Shown in pieces: positions 62,050 to 64,000 of a stretch of DNA of 64,000 nt; within the stretch, counting starts at the first letter, position 1, and the number at the start of each line of letters is the position of its first letter. The notes below the pieces were generated by a model that was given only the letters and a program-made list of their open reading frames with translations, was not told the DNA's origin and made no database searches. The stretch is from the NCBI GenBank assembly GCA_008632985.1, contig QPGO01000019.1, positions 1-64,000 on the forward strand, in the 5' to 3' direction. The stretch is from Psammoneis japonica (Eukaryota). A program made the translations under genes and the position numbers.

Positions 62050-64000
62050 CAAAAGTTCACACGACAAACCATTTGCAAAAAGAAACAACAAACAATGGAG
62101 CTGGCAAACAGAAGCTGTTTGCAATCGCTTTGCGAGGAGGTTGGCACCTTGCCGGGGCCATGACGAGGAGAGGTGCCCCGCCGGACACACACACTTTGGA
62201 AAAAAGCATGCCAGAAAACCAGTTTTTGCACACATGTTTTGCTTGCGTGGTTGCCTGGAGCACAAACTGCATTTTTTGCCCAGCATGGTGCCAGCGGCAC
62301 AGAGAAGGGAAAAGCGACAGCAGCTTGTGAGGGGGGGGTCATGATCATGAGCCACTTCAAATGGCTTTCTGAAACAAGAATGGCCCGCACCCCGCATTTT
62401 CAAGCAAGTTGGCAGCCTGCTTGCAAAACAAGGCAGCTTCTGAACAAGCTTTAGCTGCTTTTTGGGGGCTGATCTGTGCAGCACCCATTTTGAGCAGAGA
62501 AAATCTAAAAGTTGTCCATCTCCCCCCTCTCTGCAGCGCGCAAAAACTCTCTCACAATGTGCGCATGCCACACACCAGGCCTGTGCACAGGAGGAGTCAT
62601 CAATGAGGGGTTTCAGCAAAAACCATGTTCAGCTTTTGCAGAGCAAACAAAAACTTGGGATTTTTCAAATTCTGCACACATGTTTCTGCCAAATCTGATC
62701 AGCCAACAAAATCTGGGGTGCAGATTTTCTGCGACGCAGCACCAAGGCAAAGGCGGGCAGCAAGCAAAGCCAAGTCATCACCAGCACAGGAGAAGAGCTG
62801 CTCACCACCAATGGCTGTCACAGCTTCTGGCAATGGCCAAGAAATGGTTTTGTGATGATGACACAAGCACATCTTTTTGTGTGATTTGCAGCCAGCCATC
62901 ATCATTTTGCCATTCTCCGGGGGGCTTGAAAGAGGCAACAAAGTCACAGGGCACAGCTGGGCAGTCTTGCCAAGAACAAGGGTTGTGCCACAACTCCCTT
63001 GCCCGCAGCAGCCTCCACAGCAAGTGCTGCAAATTGGCTGGACCCAGCACCTGCTGTTTTGTTTGTGGTCATTGTGGCTGAGCCACAGCCCACTTTGACA
63101 TCATGGGGTTGCAACAGATTTTGTCTTGGAAGAGCATGCTGTTTCCACCCAACAAAAAGTGGACTGTGGCAGCTGCCAGCCCCACAATGCAGGTTTCATG
63201 CTGTTGGTCAAAGAGAGTTGAGAGCTGTGCAATGGATGCTGGGGTTGCAGCCATGAATGTCGTCAGCTCTTGAGGCTTCTTGGAGCATGAGCATTGGCTG
63301 GGATTTGAGAATTTGACAACATCTGGTTGCGATGACACAGCACTGGAAACCACAACAAGCTCATTGATGACAGCTCAAAGAAGCAACCTGCCTTCAAAGA
63401 AGAGCGGCAAGCGACCACACAAGCAGGGTCAAAAGAATGACGTGCCAGTTGTTTGTCAGAACAACCAGGACTTGCCGGTGGCGAACACTGGACTTCTTGC
63501 CACACGGTGCAGGGGGCTCAGGATCTTGGAGCTGTGGTGCAATTGCTGGGCAGTTCACGAACTCTGTGCTCCAGCACCCCGCTTCTGTTCCTGCTGCCGA
63601 AGGTCCCACGGCACAAAGCTGTGCTGGCCATTTGGAAAATTGGGGTGCTGCAGCCAGCGGTCAGGTTGAAAAAGAGCTTGTTTGGAAAGACCTTGATGAC
63701 ATCAAGAATGAGCAGTGACAAGTCCTTGTCCTCACCAGCAAAACCAGGCATTCGAGCTCGACACAAGCAAGGAGAGGAGTCATCCATCGCAGGACTCCCC
63801 AGTGGCTGCAATCCTGTGCAAAATGGGAGCCCAGCAGAGGATGCATCCAGTGAAAGTTCAAGGCCCCTTGTGGCAGAGAAAGATGTGGGAGCATTGCAAC
63901 AATTGATGACTTTAGAGCTGCTGCGGTCTCTCTTGGTCTGCACGAGGTGCAAACACTCAACAAATTGTGCTTGCATCGAACGAACAAGATCGCACGACAC
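62050..64000. other. Decayed TpA/CpG-depleted island running off the window end
   Basis: Only about 3-4 TA in ~2 kb, all in CTAA/TTAG context. Confidence 0.7.

Overview
Eukaryotic genomic DNA, most likely from a diatom (short GT-AG introns, an ASAF-type bipartite plastid-targeting peptide, CoDi-like copia elements, helicase-associated-domain arrays). The first ~27.5 kb is a transposon block. It holds two copies of one Ty1/copia LTR retrotransposon in inverted orientation, a decayed multi-exon gene with nine 290-bp exon+intron HA-domain repeats, and an Ngaro-type tyrosine-recombinase retrotransposon carrying two 396-bp TIR elements. The remainder is gene-rich: three secreted F5/8(discoidin)+ricin-like proteins, an isochorismatase-family hydrolase, two paralogous membrane proteins, a CoA-transferase with an EF-hand, a plastid SET-domain protein, a USP deubiquitinase, a Schlafen-STAND-WWE-ankyrin NLR-like protein and a hypothetical protein. 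Three strongly decayed islands interrupt it. The main signal is that repeat/TE DNA, but not active genes, has undergone massive strand-symmetric TpA->TpG/CpA (A:T->G:C) mutation on top of CpG decay, i.e. a 'reverse-RIP' pattern. LTR pairs, split direct repeats, a broken palindrome and Tyr->Cys/His changes all give the same direction. Many genes also carry single-base deletions in short homopolymers, probably assembly errors. All counts are hand counts; no database searches were run.
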